Positions 13,002-27,384 of a DNA stretch of 64,000 nucleotides are shown here, one piece after another. A program made the position numbers and the translations under genes. Where the stretch lies: assembly GCA_013265495.1 (NCBI GenBank), contig MU058418.1, positions 2,689,491-2,753,490 on the forward strand. The letters run 5' to 3'. This DNA is from Vicugna vicugna (Eukaryota). The notes below the pieces were generated by a model. That model saw nothing but the letters and a program-made list of their open reading frames with translations. It ran no database searches and was not told the DNA's origin. Numbering within the stretch: the stretch's first letter is position 1; each line of letters starts with the position of its first letter.

Positions 13002-14257
13002 TCTACGGCTCATATAGCTCAATATCAAAAAAACAAACAACCCAATCATTAAATGGGCAGAAGACCTAAATAGACATTTCTCCAAAGAAGACATACAAAT
13101 GACCAACAGGCATGTGAAAAGATGATCAATATCACTAATTATTAGAGAAATGTAAATTAAAACTACAATGAGGTATCACCTCACACCAGCCAAAATGATA
13201 TGAAATGATAATAAATGCTGGAGAGGGTGTGGAGAAAACGAGATCCTCCTACACTGTTGGTGGGAATGTAATTTGGTGCAGCCACTATGGAAAACAGTAC
13301 GGAGGTTTCTTTAAAAACCAAAAATAGAGTTACCATATGATCCAACAATCCCACTCCTGGGCATATACCCGGAGGGAACTCTAATTTAAAAAGATACATG
13401 CACCTCAATGTTGACAGCAGCACTATTTACAATAGCAAAGACATGGAAGCAACCTAAATGTCCACCAACAAATGACTGGATAAAGAAGATGTGGTATATA
13501 AAGGGGGAAGGGTGGGGAGGGATAAATTAGGAGTTTGGCATTAACAGATACACATTACTATATATAAAACAGATAAACAAGGGCCTACTGTACAGCACAG
13601 GAAACTATATTCAATTTCTTGTAATAACACATAATAGAAAAGAATCTGAAATATATATATGTATAACTGAATCGCTTTGCTGTATACCTGAAACTAACAT
13701 TGTAAATCAACTACACTTCAATAAAAAAAAGTTTTTTAAGAATATGTGGTATATATATATGTGCAGGTACATAATGGACTATTACTCAGCCATAGAAAAG
13801 AATGAAGTAATGCCATTTGCAGCAACATGGGTGGACCTAGGAGTTATCACATTAAGTGAAGTAAGTCAGAGAAAGACAAGTATTATATGATATCACTTAT
13901 ATGTGGAATCTAAAAAAATTATACAAATGAACTTATTTACAAAACAGAAATGGACTCACAAACATAGAAAATTTATAGTTACCAAAGGGGAAAGGGTGGG
14001 GGGAGGGATAAATTAGTAGGAGTTTGGGATTAATATATATATAATATATATATAAATATATATATAAAATAGATAAACAAGGACCTACTGTATAGCACAG
14101 AGAACTATATTCAATACCTTGTAATAACCTATAATGGAAAAGAACTTGAAAAAGAATATGCATATGTATATATGTATGTATAATACATACTGAATTACTT
14201 TGCTAAAACTAACCTAACACTGTAAATTAACCATACTCCAATTAAACAATGGTTACA
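13002..14257 (+). mobile_element. 5'-truncated L1 interrupted by a nested L1 tail
   Basis: ORF2-end and 3' UTR sequence. Outer TSD CAAATTAAAATAAA at 12985-12998 and 14258-14271. Confidence 0.9.
13501..13737 (+). mobile_element. Short L1 3' UTR insertion nested in the preceding L1
   Basis: GGGAGGGATAAATTAGGAGTTTGG...CTACACTTCAATAAAAAAAA flanked by TSD AAGAA(G/T)ATGTGGTATATA at 13483-13500 and 13738-13755. Confidence 0.88.
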
Positions 14258-16045
14258 CAAATTAAAATAAAGCCAGAGGTAACATGTAGTTTAGCAGGAA
14301 CCCTGAGAGAAACTGTAAGAGAGCATTGTTGAGAATTTAAGACATTTCATTCAAAATTAACATTTATTTTGGTAAAGGAAAGGTTAATAAATATTTATAT
14401 TATCAGTTATAAATTTTAAGCTAAATCTGTACATATTCTATACCTTGAAATCATAAAGTCAGGTTTTATCTAAATCTATTTGTTAAGAAGAGCACAGAGC
14501 CTTTTTATAAAATTGAAAGTTTGTTTTCATAACTCCAAAGATTGTTGGCAAGTAACCTTGAAACTGTACATATCTGTTACTGTGATTTTATTAAATGTAG
14601 GAAAATTAATTGCTTAAAGGTGAAAACTATGTTTGCCGTGAGAGGTTGATCCCACAAAGCCTTGCAGAAATGAGCTTCTGATCATAACTGCCCTGACCTA
14701 GTTCCAATCATTCTGTCTGTACAACAGTGTTGAACAGATCCTCTTAGAGATAAATAAATGCATTCCTTATTGTAGAAATTTATTTTATAAATAAAATAAA
14801 GAAACTCCAGCATACTTTAGAACATGGTGCACAATTCTGATTTGCTTCAACATATATTACAGCAGAAGCACTCTTAACCTGTCTCTACAAAACCAAATTG
14901 TCAGATGAACAGACACGGCATTTTCTCTCCCTGTGCACTCCTGCTGCTTCCAGTTTAGTCGTATTTTTACCAAGTCATTTGGCTTGTTCCAAAACCAGTT
15001 TACATCAATTGTACAAGTTATATTATACGATTTAATTAAAATATAGGTAAACTGATGAAATCTGTGCACAGAAGGAAAGTGGGTTCTCTTTTCTATAAAT
15101 ACCCAGTCAAGAAAAGCTAGGTGCTATTTTTAAATACCACTGTGTTAGGCATGGGTGAAATAACTGTAAAAGAGAATGACAAAAGCTCTAAAGTCTAGAG
15201 GTGTTCTGTGCTCCGATTGCTTCACAAGTGTCAAATTCTTGCTCTACTTTGAAAAAGCCAAAACTGGAAAGGGTGGGTGATACAGCTCAGATAGGTTGTT
15301 GCAAGAAAGACCAGAACTCCAGCAAGGGGCCATACTCACAACAAAAGATTGGCAAATAAATGTGCCTCCATATGTGTTATGTTAAAACAGATTATGTGTA
15401 TACTTTCGGAGGATTCTCTATTTTAACATAACCAACCAATTGCGGTAAACTGATGACTGTGGATATGAGTCCACTTGCTAATTACATGGTAGTAGAGATT
15501 CCAGAAGTGCATACTTAAGAGACAGTGCAATGTTTCTAATCAGCTTAGATGCTAGATTCATGCTGGTGCACAGTTGGAGAAATATAAGCATAAATCAGGG
15601 CTGTGGACCAGGTGGAAGACTGGAAGAGATGACCCATAACTTCCTTTGTAATAAACATAAGCTTCTCAAGGAGCTATGAATTTTTCTGCCTTAAAAAAAG
15701 ATTTTTTAGCATTCAACATTTTTGCAGCGTAAAACAAACACTTATTACAAGTAAAATAACATTAAATCAATAATAGAAAGGAACCACTGGCTACTATTTT
15801 GAAAGCAAAACATGGCTCTTCTTCAAGGTGAAGCTTGAGACCCAGGAGAGCAGAACTAGCCATCAGTAGGATTGCACATCTCAGCACCATATGTCAGCAC
15901 AAGGCCAGACCAGGGGTGGTCCCCACTCTACAGGCTGTTGGCCAGGTCTCCAACTTCTGAGAGCTCTGCCCAGCCAGCAGTGAGGTAATTCCAGCAGACA
16001 AAAGCCCATCACACAGGGGTAGCTCTGAGTTAGAGGTGATCCCTA

Positions 16046-16212
16046 GTTTTTTTGGAGGGGTTGTTTGTTTTTTGTTGTTTTTGTTGTTTTGTTTGGGGGG
16101 TGGTAATTAGGTCTATTTATTTACTTTTTATTTTAATGGAAGCACTGGGGATTGAACCTAGGACCTTGTGCATGCTAAGCACCCGCTCTACCACTGAGCT
16201 GTACCCTCCCCC
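16046..16212 (-). mobile_element. Vic-1-type camelid tRNA-derived SINE
   Basis: Minus strand GGGGAGGGTACAGCTCAGTGGTAGAGCGGGTGCTTAGCATGCACAAGGTCCTAGGTTCAATCCCCAGT (Pol III A and B boxes), then an A-rich segment, ACCTAATTACC and an A-rich tail. Confidence 0.85.
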
Positions 16213-18347
16213 AGAACACTAGTTATTGAAACATTTATCTCAACTTTAGTAATCAACTATCCCAATCATGAGTAAACCTGTCTTAATCCAGCATTCGTGC
16301 CTCCCTGATGAGGGGAGTGGTCCTTCACAGGAGGCCTGGGGTCGGGGAGGCTGAGGTATCTGCATTCTGAAAGCCTCTTTGAGTGATTCTGACCCACTCT
16401 CAGATTAGGAATTTTTGTGAAGTCCATGAGCCCCCTGAAATCAACTGTAAATGAATGTATATGCAAACAGATAGATGTTCAGTATTCTGGAACACTTGTC
16501 CATAGCTTCCATCTAACTGTTTTCATCAAATTTTTGTAACTCAAAAAATGTGAAGAATCACTGTTCTGAACTCAATTCAATTCTTCACTACCCTGGTTGT
16601 CTACACAGTTCAGAGGAAATTTAAGAAGAAGCTGAACACAAGCATTCCCTGCACAGAGCCTTCCTGCTCTGTTTCTCTTTCTCTCTCTAATTTTTTTCCT
16701 CCAAATTCCAATCTGTTCCCATTTCTTCACTTCTATTTTTAAATTGAAAATTTTTGGTTTCAAAATAACTATAATCTAAGAACTCCTCAGATGAAAGACA
16801 CAGAAAATTAAATTTCCAATTCCCCTTATTCTACTTCTTCCATTCATGTATGGTTTTGTCATTAAAACATTTTTTTAAAACCTTAAGAGCATTTTTAATC
16901 TGTTTTCCCTATTAAGTTAATGACCTGACCAAACATATGTGCCTTTATTTTAATTATCAGCATCCTGGCTTGCCTATATTTTTAAAATAACAAATTATAC
17001 ACAGAGATAGTACTTGTTTTTTTTTTTCCCTGTTCGTTGTCTGGACACATCACATTAAAAAGGAAGGATACAATGTTGTATGTGTTAAACTGGCTTCAAT
17101 CTGTGCTGGTGCTTTGGTTTTATAAATAAGAACATTCCCTGTCCAGGAGGAAGGCCTAGGCACTCAGATTTTCCAAAACAATTCTCTGTATCCAGGGTAC
17201 CCAAATAAATTTAAGCACTTCAGTTTCAATACTGATGTAGCGGTCTGCTCCTGATTGAGGTTAATGTCCTCTAAGTGCACATTAGCTAAATAAGCCGTTT
17301 TTTACTATTTCTGTACAAAATGAATATTCACTATTCAAAAGAACATTCCCTATCATAATTATATAATCAGTTCAAATTTGTTCTTAAGCAACATAAGCCA
17401 TGCTTCAAATTCCAGCCTGACAAAGTAAGCTTTAAATACATATTATTTGACTTGGGAAATATCTAAGAAGCCTTAGAATGAAACTTAACATCTACAGTAA
17501 TCAATGTATTTTTCTGAGATTTCAGATTTCAGCATACAGTTAGCCATAGTATAAAGCAGAAAAAAATACTAAATATGACCTCAGCCAAACTGGGTTATAA
17601 TCTTTATTTATCTTGAACCAGTTATTTAAACAGATTCCTTCTTGGTGGAATCCATCTCACTCATAAAGCTACTATGAGAACCACTTGGGATAATATCAGA
17701 GCAAGCCTTTGCAAGCTGGAATAAATTGTATAAAGCAAGGTATTGGTATCACTGTTGTTCCCTCTAACACAAATGCCCTCCAAAATTAATAGGATGCTCC
17801 CTGCATACATCATTATGATGAGGTGACAAAGGTCATGTGGGTGAAAATGAAGGCAAGAAAGAAAAGCCAAGGTAACTGAAGTCCTAGGCAGAACTCGCTC
17901 ATAAAAGAGGTACAGTGGGCTGATCAGTGCTTGGCCACCTTTTCTGACAAACCCCTGGTGTTCTGGGTCAGTGCGCTATGCAAAAAACTGATTCACTAGG
18001 AGGCGAGGCCAGCAAGCCTTCTCCCTCATCTGGCAAACAGCAAACCTCTGGGTTCCTAATGCAGGGCTACAAGTGTCTGACCCTGCAACGTCAGACCTGG
18101 GAGCTGACGGAAGAGTGAGCACCATACAGTTCCCCAGTAGTCAAGTGACCACTCCTGCAAGGCCAAGCTGGGTGCTTCCTAGAGAAGCAAGTACGTGGAC
18201 TCCATCTTTCTTTTGAGCACGCCCAAGTGCATTAGTGAGCACCATCAGGCTGTGGTCCAGGGCACTGTCACAGTTCATCTATCTTTATCTGGACAGAGCA
18301 AAGCATGTGGTTTCACACCTGTCATTTATTCCATGGGCTTCTGGGCA

Positions 18348-18895
18348 TTTTTTTTAACTGAGATAAAATTCACACACCATAAAATTTGCCATTTTAAAGT
18401 GAACAATTAAGTGGCTTTTAAATATATACAGGTTATGCAACCGTCATCACTAATTCCAGAATCTTTTCATCACCCCCCCCCAAAAAAAACCCATTCCCAA
18501 TAGCAGTCATTTGCTATACCCCCCTCCCCTTACCCCCTGGCAATCACTAATCTGTTCCTATCTCTAAAGATTTGCCAATTCTGATTATTTCATGAAAATG
18601 GAGTGATGCAATGCATCAATGACTTTTGTGACTATTTTCTCACATTTAGCATAATATTTTCAAGGTTCATCCAACATTGCAGCATGTATTAGGATTTCAT
18701 GTTTTTATAGCTGAATAATATTTCATGATATAGATATACTACATTTTGTGAATACATTCATCAGTTGATGAGCATTTGGGTTGTTTCCAACTTCTGGCTA
18801 TTATAAATAGTGCTGCTATAAACATTCATTTATAGTAGTCACACAAGTTTTGTGTGAACATGTTTTCCATTCTCTTGGGTATATACCTAGGTGTG
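18348..18895 (-). mobile_element. Old L1M (L1MB-like) 3' fragment
   Basis: TTTTAACTGAGATAAAATTCACACACCATAAAATT...CAAGGTTCATCC...CATTTGGGTTGTTTCC...TTCTCTTGGGTATATACCTAGG is antisense L1 3' end. Confidence 0.8.
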
Positions 18896-20197
18896 TCATT
18901 TCTCAGTCATTTCCAGGCATTCTTGAACCCTAAAATTCATGTTAGCACCCTCTGTGTAAACACATTTCCATGGCAGACAGAAGGAAATATAGTTCACCAG
19001 GGATCCCAAAAGCCAAATGAAGTAATGAAGACACATATGAAGGAAAAAGGAGGTTCTGCATGAAGGAATATATTACTGTTTCCAAGATGTCATTAATAAT
19101 GTATTTCCCCTATATCATAAAACAGCAGTAGCCATAGCTAGGATGAAGGGACCAGCACTAGACCTAAATTGGCACAATCAACATGTAATGAGCGCTTACT
19201 ACATACATCCGAGGCACTGTGCTGAGCATATCATGTGGATTGTCTGACAGTAGAAAGGATGTAGGAAACACGATTTTTGAAAACAAACACTGATTGCAAC
19301 CAATTCTGCCTTCCTGCCAGAGAGGCATAATTCATCTTTACACTGGGCCTGGAGGGAGAGGGGAAAACTAAATTGCCTGAGTAAGAAAATGACATGCACT
19401 TGGGATTTGTTTGCTGGAAGCTCAAGAGAATAGGGTGGGGAGTGATGGTTTAAAGGCTTGAAAATGGAAGAAAGTGATTGATGTGTAGATAAGAGAAGGC
19501 AGAATCAGTGGTGTAGGAGCCAGTAAGAAATCCCCAATGGGCATGAAATCTTTAATCAATTTTAAGTTGATTTTTGTTTTGAACTGCATTGATATCTTCC
19601 TCTATTACCCTGAGACCTTCAGTAAGGCCTGTTATCACTCTGGGATAAAAGAAGTGGGCAGTCCAGAACAAAGAGAAGACAGCTGTGGCCAGAGGTAAAA
19701 CACTGAGCTAGGAGAGTGATCAGAAAATGTAAGCCCCAGATATTAACAGAACATTGAGGGCAGGAAAGATACTGGACCTCTCACAGCACATAGCTCAAGC
19801 CATTTTAATTTAAATGTTAAAACAAAGGGTGAACCCAGAAGATGATGGGGTCATCTGACTGCCATAATATAATCTCAATAAATCTATATGTATTAGAAAA
19901 GGTGGGTAACAGGCAGTACAAAGCAAACACCAAGAATTAAGACATTTTAACATTCACTCCATGGCAATGACCTCAAAACAAAGACCGTGAAGACTTCACA
20001 GTGACATCCCTATGAATGATTAGAGAGGACCAAAACATGTTCTCAGTATCCCTGGTGGAAGCCTAGGACCAATCACCTCATGCTGCAGATGATAAAACTC
20101 TAGATGAGAGTCTCACGGACTTGACTGGGATCACTGAATGTCAGTGGGAACTGTCACTTGGAACAGTCACAGTTAGGTGGCCCTGAGGCTTCCATAG

Positions 20198-20540
20198 CAG
20201 GAGTTGGAAAATGTTTTCTATAAAGAGTCAGATAAAATATTTTAGATTTTGTGAGCCAAGAGGCAAAATCCAGGATATTAAGTAGGTACTTATATAACAA
20301 GAGAGAAGACAAATTTCCACATTTTTATTCATGAAATTAGAAATATAATAATTGTGTACTTTTTTTGTAATACAGTTCTAATGAAAAGAATGTAATTTAG
20401 GGGAAGATAGAAATTTACTTCATTGGGGTTCAAAGTTAGTGTTTCCTAACATCAAATCAATTGTAATGTTCATCTGTAAAAACCATTCTTCACTCATGGG
20501 CCATAAAGACACAGGCTGGATGTAGCTCCATATCTCTGTG
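20198..20540 (+). mobile_element. MER58 family (longer variant) hAT-Charlie element
   Basis: GCCAAGAGGCAAAATC...GTAGGTACTTATATAACAAGAGAGAAGACAAATTTCCAC. Confidence 0.7.
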
Positions 20541-20949
20541 CTATAGTCACTGTTGTCTGAAACAAAGTCAGTAGTGGTTGCTCTATTCCAAAAGCCTGGA
20601 GCATAAACCCCGATTCAGAAACTAAAGACCTGGAGAGAACTTCGGAATAGCTCTTGAGAGATCCAGATGTTCATCAAAGACATTGGTCTAGTACCCCAGC
20701 AATTGAAATAACCATTCTTTTAGCCAGTATTTACCAAGCACCTGCTCTGTGCTGGTACCATCACAGTCACTGGATACATACAGTGGTGAGCAGGACAGAT
20801 GAGCCCCCTACCTTCATAGGCGATGAGAACACAAACAAGAATTGGAGAAGGAAAAAATGTCAGAGGGTGGGAGTACCACCGAGAAAATAAGGGAGGTATT
20901 AGAAGATCAACTAGAATAGGGAGCTACTTTTGATAAAATAAGGAGCTCC

Positions 20950-21365
20950 TTTTTCTCAACATTCTTATCAACATTTGTCAGACATTTTACATTGTTTCCA
21001 ATGACGAGGGGTGAAATAAAATGCCATTGTGATTTGATTTGCTTCCTCTGCTTACTGGTAGGATTTACCATCTCTCTGTGCTCACACTCTCTCTCTCCAC
21101 ATTATAATTATAATACATTATATTTATATGCATATAGGTTATATAGAGAGAAGTCTTTCAGGTTTCCTCTTCTGTTAATTCCTAGTCAATTCCTTGTTTT
21201 TCTGTTCAGTTATCTTTTTTTCTTACTGTTTTGTTGGTGTTCTTTTAAAATTTGCAGTATGAATCCTTTATTCGTGATATGCATTGCAAATATCCTCTCT
21301 CAGCCTATACTTGCCTTTTAACTTTGTAGTGTCTTTCGTCTACAAGAAAATTTTAATTTTCAGTT
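20950..21365 (-). mobile_element. Old L1ME-like fragment
   Basis: TTGTGATTTGATTTGCTTCCTCTG...AATCCTTTATTCGTGATATGCATTGCAAATATC is antisense L1 ORF2-end sequence. Confidence 0.6.
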
Positions 21366-21439
21366 GGTAGATAATCTACTTTATGTGAGATTTGGTGGTT
21401 AGCCTCCCATCTCAGTGGGTAAGTTCAAAGAGTGGTGGG

Positions 21440-21605
21440 TTTCGAGTTTAAATCTTCATCCCATTCCTTATAGCTATCTCTTGCCCAAACTTATTAATGT
21501 CTCAGATCTTCAGCTTCCTTGTTTGCAAAATGAGGACAATGCCTACCTCATAGACTTTTTGGTGAGAATTAAATGAAAGAATACATGCAACTACCTTAGT
21601 ACTGT
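21440..21605 (+). mobile_element. MIR SINE fragment
   Basis: TCAGCTTCCTTGTTTGCAAAATGAGGACAATGCCTACCTCATAG...GTGAGAATTAAATGA. Confidence 0.65.
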
Positions 21606-24600
21606 GGCCCCCTCCCACTCCACTTTTAAATTTTAAGTTTCTTAAAGGCCTTCCATTCCACATAATACCATGTGCAGGGTCAGGACGTAGATTTTGTGTT
21701 AGTTAAATTGAGTTTATCTTTAAAATGCAAATAAAGTACCAAGTATAATAATATGCACTTAATTATCAGACTAAAATGTGGAAGGCAGAACCAGAAAAAC
21801 AGTTTAGTAATTAGCTCTTTAACCATGATTACTCCACTGGCTCCCCTGAACTAAAGAAGTAGCAGAGTTATAGTAAATGACACAATTAATGGGAGATTTG
21901 TAAACATTCTTCTGAGTGAAAATTATATTTCAAAAGATTGGAAACATATTTTATACAGTCAACCTAACACAGACCAAAATTATTTAATAACAATGTTGTA
22001 AAAGATATTTGTAATTGGTTTTAGGAAAAAAAAATCACAAACTGATATGAACAGGTATACCTTAATAATTTTATAAGAAATAAGCTATGTGAAGAATAAG
22101 TTTATAATAAAAATGCTTACAAAATTTAATATTTACTTCTGGCTTTTAAGATTTTATAATATTATGGCACCTCTGATGGTTGAGCATATCATATACGCTT
22201 TAAATTTCAAGAATAATAAAAGAAGCATTAAAAATTCCAATGAACACTGGGCTTTATACCACACAGATACACGTGTCTACACCTTTTTGATGTTCAAGGG
22301 CCAGCATCACAGCCAGCGATATGAGGCTGAACAGAGACCATCCTCATTTATGGAACTATTTCCACAGGCCAGGTGTTTTCATCTACACAGTCTCCTTTAA
22401 TTTTCATGACAACCCTATGAACTAAGTACTACTACTTTTTTACAAAGGAGGAAACTAAAGTTTAGACAGGGTATGCCACTTGCCCACCTCCAGCAAGTAG
22501 GGGAGCAGTGTTTAAACTTCTGACCTCAAGTGTAAAATTATAAGCCCATCTTACAGGTGAGGCTGCATCATAATGAAGTATTTTCATATTTGCAAATCCA
22601 CATAAATAGGTCTCCAAGGATCTCGTGGGTTACTTGGCTTCCCCATCTTCTACCCTCTAAATTGCTGAATAAATAGGCCTCCTTCCACATGTGACTGAAA
22701 TCACTCGGCCCTCCTTGGGCACATGTTTTGCTAATTAGGATTTTTAATTGATTTGTTGTGCTCCATTTAAAGTAGATGAAAAATAAATTAAAAATACTTG
22801 TCGTCATATTGTGCACAATAGCAAACACTGTACAACATGAATATTGCCTCTGATTCGTGGCCAGATTCTGAAAACACTCTTGGAAGTCTTTCAGCTTGCT
22901 CAAACTAAAAATGAGTAAAAGACTGCCATGACGGTGCATTTAAACATGGAGTCTGATTCATCTCACCAGAGGCCTTCAGCTCATTTACACCTATGGCTTT
23001 ATTTATTCGAATAACTTGCCTTTTTCCCCCCAGGAAAAAATGACCTGCAAACCATCATCCCATCACTGCTCTGTGCAAAGAATCTAATGTAAACAATGTC
23101 AACCAGAATCACTGAACTTAACAAACTCCAGGACACACCACAACACTGTTCATAAGATGTAAATCACATCTTGTTTTATTTCACTTTCTGCTAAATTCAG
23201 ATGTCTGCTTCATTTTCAATCTACGTCCCCTGAAAAGAGCCTCCCATGCTTTATCCAATACTGCCAAGTGTGCAGATTCAGCAAGGCGTTAGAAACAGGG
23301 AGCATGAAACATGACCTAGACGATGTTTGTTTAGATACGGATGATTGAAGGGATTGCATACTGTGGTGACTGTAAGTGCTGCTCCCCAAACATGTCCTGC
23401 TCTCTGACTTCTGAGTACATGGCAGACCTCTGGTCTCCTGCATTGGATAAGGGCCCAGCAACTAGCTCTGGTCACTGGATTGTGAGCAGGAATGCTATGT
23501 CTGGTTTCTGGCCAGGGCACTTAATAATGCCATGCAAGACCCTTCAGAGCACTCACCCTTCTGCCAAGGTGACAGGTAATATTCCAGCCTGGGGTCCAAA
23601 GAGAGGGTGAAGATGGCACAGAGCAGCTCCGTACCTCTGTCAACCAGCAATAGATACACAGCAGAAGCAAGAAACAATCCTTTGTTAGTAAGAGCCCTGA
23701 GATCTCAGGGTTGTCTGTGATCACTGCATAAACTGGCCTCTCCTGCCAGATACCCCAGACAAATGAAGCCTTGAAAAAGGGCTTGGTGTCCCTAGTGATA
23801 AGTTAGCAGGTTTGTGTGATTTAGTATCTGGCACTAAATGTTATTATCTTGTCAGAGAAAGGTCTCTCAGCCCATAGTTCACTCGGAACCCAATCATCAT
23901 GTTCCAAAATCTGAATTAAATAGACCAAGCAAAATTGAAAAGGGAAAGCTACAATTGTAACCTTCCAAACTGCCAGCTCTAATTTATTGATCTACCAAGG
24001 TTCTTAGCTGTAAACAATAGAAACCATTCTGGCTAGTTGAGTAGAAAAGGAATTGATTAAAGATTTATTAGCTTACAAGAATCTCAAGAGCAGAAGGAAC
24101 ACCACCACAGGCGCCAGTGTAGACTATCCTGCCTCACCACTGGGCACAGCCACCACAACTCATTTCACCACCCTAGGCACCAGATGCCTCTGCTAGAATC
24201 TGGGTCTCCGAGGTCCTCGTGCTGAAGATTGCTTCTTCTATTGTCTAAGGTACAATGCAAACTGCTTTGCAGGTGTATCTGAACACTAAAGCCTAGGTCA
24301 CATTAATGCCCTTTAGGATCAAGGAAACTTATTTTTTGGGTGTTTTCTTGGCCAGGTGGAAAATTCCTCAAACACAAGAAGGGAATTCAAAGGTGTGGCC
24401 AAAAAGAATGATAAATACCCATTACTGAAGATGTAATGGGTAATAAGGATAACTATTGTCTTCAAATCTCCTTCTAGTCCATAGTCAAGTTTCTAGAGCC
24501 TTCCTGGTTACTGCAGCTCTTTCTCCAATTCCACACATGTACCCTTCCAACGAATCCGTGTTTTTACTAGTTTCAGTTGGGTTCATCACTTGCAACTCAG

Positions 24601-25813
24601 AGAGTCCTAATGCAGAAGTAACCATATGTTAAAGTATCCCAAACTAGTCAGTTACAAACAGGGCTGTAAATATTCAGATGCTCTGAAGAATTTTTCAGAT
24701 CAGATCTTTTTTTGCAAAGTAACTCTCAGAATTGACAGAAGAAAAAAAAAATCAAAGAACGTAAGATTCCAACTTTGGTTTGAGAACCCTAATGGGGCTC
24801 ATGGGCTGAATACTGATTATATTTATCTTCTCCACAAAAGCCCTCACAAATAACTTTTTACTTAAAAAGAAAAGAAAGAGAAAACTATTGCATAGACATA
24901 GATCTTGTGTGCATATAACCAACTGAATTTTTTTTTAAATCAGAAGTATATACAAGGTGCCAACTTACTGCCAAATGCTACTTGGAAATAAGGTTATCTT
25001 CAACAGTTCTATATAGAGGAATAGTTAACCAATAAAGAAATATATATATATATACACAGAGTCACAGATGCTAAGATCAGGGATTATTTTTAAAAAAGAA
25101 AAAAGACCTACATTCTATTTCTAGGTGCTCAGGTCCAAGATCCCTGAAATGGACTAGCTGAAATAATAGAATAAAATATGAGAAAAACAAAAACCTAAGG
25201 GCATAACTGTGCAATAATTATACTGGATAGTTCAGGAATGCCAAGGGTGACTTCTTGGAGTAATGTAGAGAAAGCATCCTCTTTCTCTAAGAATGGCTCC
25301 CTGGACAGAGGGAGGGACTATTGGGCTATATTTTGGCCTGTGACTAGCACTGGTTGAAACCCGGAGACCAACCTCAGGAGTTGAGGGAAGTGAGTCTTGT
25401 TACAGTAACACTGGACGGAGAAGGCCAAGGAACATGGAAAGCTAGGATTCCTTCTCCCCTCAATCTGGTGGTCATTTACTCCTCCTCCAATTCAATGAGA
25501 AATTCCCAAGTTTTCCCAATAAATTTCTTTAATTTTTCTTTTTGCCTTTTTGCTTAAGCTAGGCCAGTCCATCTTTCTTGTTTATAATCAAAAGGACATT
25601 ATATTAACTAAGTACACTCCGCTATACTCTTACTCTGCCCAACAGCCAACTCCAGCCTTAGGTAACGCATTATCTCTTAACTACAAATGACTTAAAAGGA
25701 CCTTTGCCTTCTGTGTATCTAGCATTTATGTGTCATGCTGCTATTAAGCTTTGCAGCATTAACCTGGCTTGTCACTTTTTAGGGAAAAAAATTGCTAATT
25801 TTGGTATCTGGCT

Positions 25814-25995
25814 CAGGGGTTGCAACTTCAAATGCCTTCAGAGATCAGACAGGTAACGTAAAGGGAGAGTACTAAGATAGACTCCACTGGACACTATGTG
25901 CCACATCTGAAGATATTTACGTACAAATACTTAAACTACTGTGTGGCTCAAACAAAATTCGTGTGCCAAATTTACCTCCTTGAGCCATCGACTAA
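25814..25995 (+). mobile_element. MER102-like hAT element fragment
   Basis: Starts CAGGGGTTGCAACTTCAAATGCCTTCAGAGATCAGACAGGTAACGTAAA. Confidence 0.5.
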
Positions 25996-27384
25996 CCAGC
26001 CAGCTTGTTATTAGTTTAAATTACATGTTCCTAGACTGGAAGGCTCACAAAACTCAATTTTGTTTCAATCACTTGAGCAGGGTAAAAATGCTTCTTGCAC
26101 AGCCGATTTTCCCACCCTCTTTTAGCAGAAAACTCCACAGGCTGTTAATGGGATTGATGTGAGATGTCTAAGGGAACTCAAGGGCCGCTTTTAAGAGAAG
26201 CTTATCAATGCTGGTAGATACCTGATTTAGTATGAGTCTCGTGGTAAAGAAGCAGGTTCCTGCTGCTTTCTATGAATCACAAAATAAAGAGCCAAACTCC
26301 TTATAAGCACTAGGACTCCAAAGGTGTCATATAGCACAGATGGAAAAAATCAAATGTCTACCACTCTTGACAGTCTCCAGTTTACACAGTTCTGATTTTC
26401 TTCACAGACCAAAAAGGAAATCCAATTCAAGAAAACTGATAAGGTTTTCTGTTCCCTGGAGAAAGTGGACTAGACAAATTCACACAAAATCTAAAATCTT
26501 CACCACCAACTGCTGAAAAACAACAAACTCCATCAGAAGTTCCTTTGCCCACAAAATGCTCTCTGAGGAACTGTGGGGTTTGAAAGGAGTGCAGAAGCTT
26601 ATTCTCCATTTCAGGCACATCAAAGTTTTAATCAGAACCTGCTTTTCTCTGTGAAACTAAGCAACTGCTGTTCACACCCACATACTGCTGGAGTGCATTC
26701 AATTACCCTCAACGACTTTGTTTAAAATGAAAATTCTTTGTGCCTCCTGAGGACAGTGTGTGAGAATTGATGAATGTTGTTCTAAAGGACAGAAGTGTAG
26801 GGATACAGTGAAAACCTAAGTAGCTGGAAACTATGGCTGGGCCATATTTTACAAGCAATTCAAACCTACCTTCAAGTATTTTGTAAAGAATTAGAATGTT
26901 TAAGGTAGTTGAATATATCAAGGGGCATACTATGCCATTTTTCAACTCTTTCTTCTGGATGACAATCACAGAATTAGAAAACGAAGAGGATGGCGAGAAG
27001 TGATGAAGAAAGACCAAATTTTGCCATATGGCTTTTCAGAAGAAGAGGAAAAAGAATTTTTTCTTCCCTGACACATTGTTCGGAAGGATCTGTAACTAAC
27101 AAATCAAGCCAGCACATTGCTGGGTTCTGTAGCTCTGTGACTCAGAAGTCACTTTTCTATCCAACATATTAAATGTCAAGTAAAATATCTCTGATAAGAG
27201 AGAAGAAATTTCTTCAGGAAGCTTGGCTCCTGTATGAGTGCTGATGGAATAAAATTCATATTTTAAGGCAAGGCAAGAAAAATTTAAACATAAAGTTTTT
27301 TCTCTGCCCATCTGGGCCTTCTCCCTCCTCTCTAGTGTGCATTGTGCATCTGCATTATACATTAATCAGACCTCTCCAGTGAAG

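Noticed and set aside
9939..14163. ORFs of 60-132 aa in the L1 cluster
   Set aside because: Sense or antisense translations of L1 ORF2-end and 3' UTR sequence, not host genes.
16140..16212. tRNA-Ala-like sequence
   Set aside because: It is the head of a SINE. It continues into an A-rich body and tail and lacks a proper acceptor stem.
24416..24442. Perfect 10 bp hairpin TACCCATTAC-7nt-GTAATGGGTA
   Set aside because: About one such stem is expected by chance in 64 kb, and there is no supporting context.
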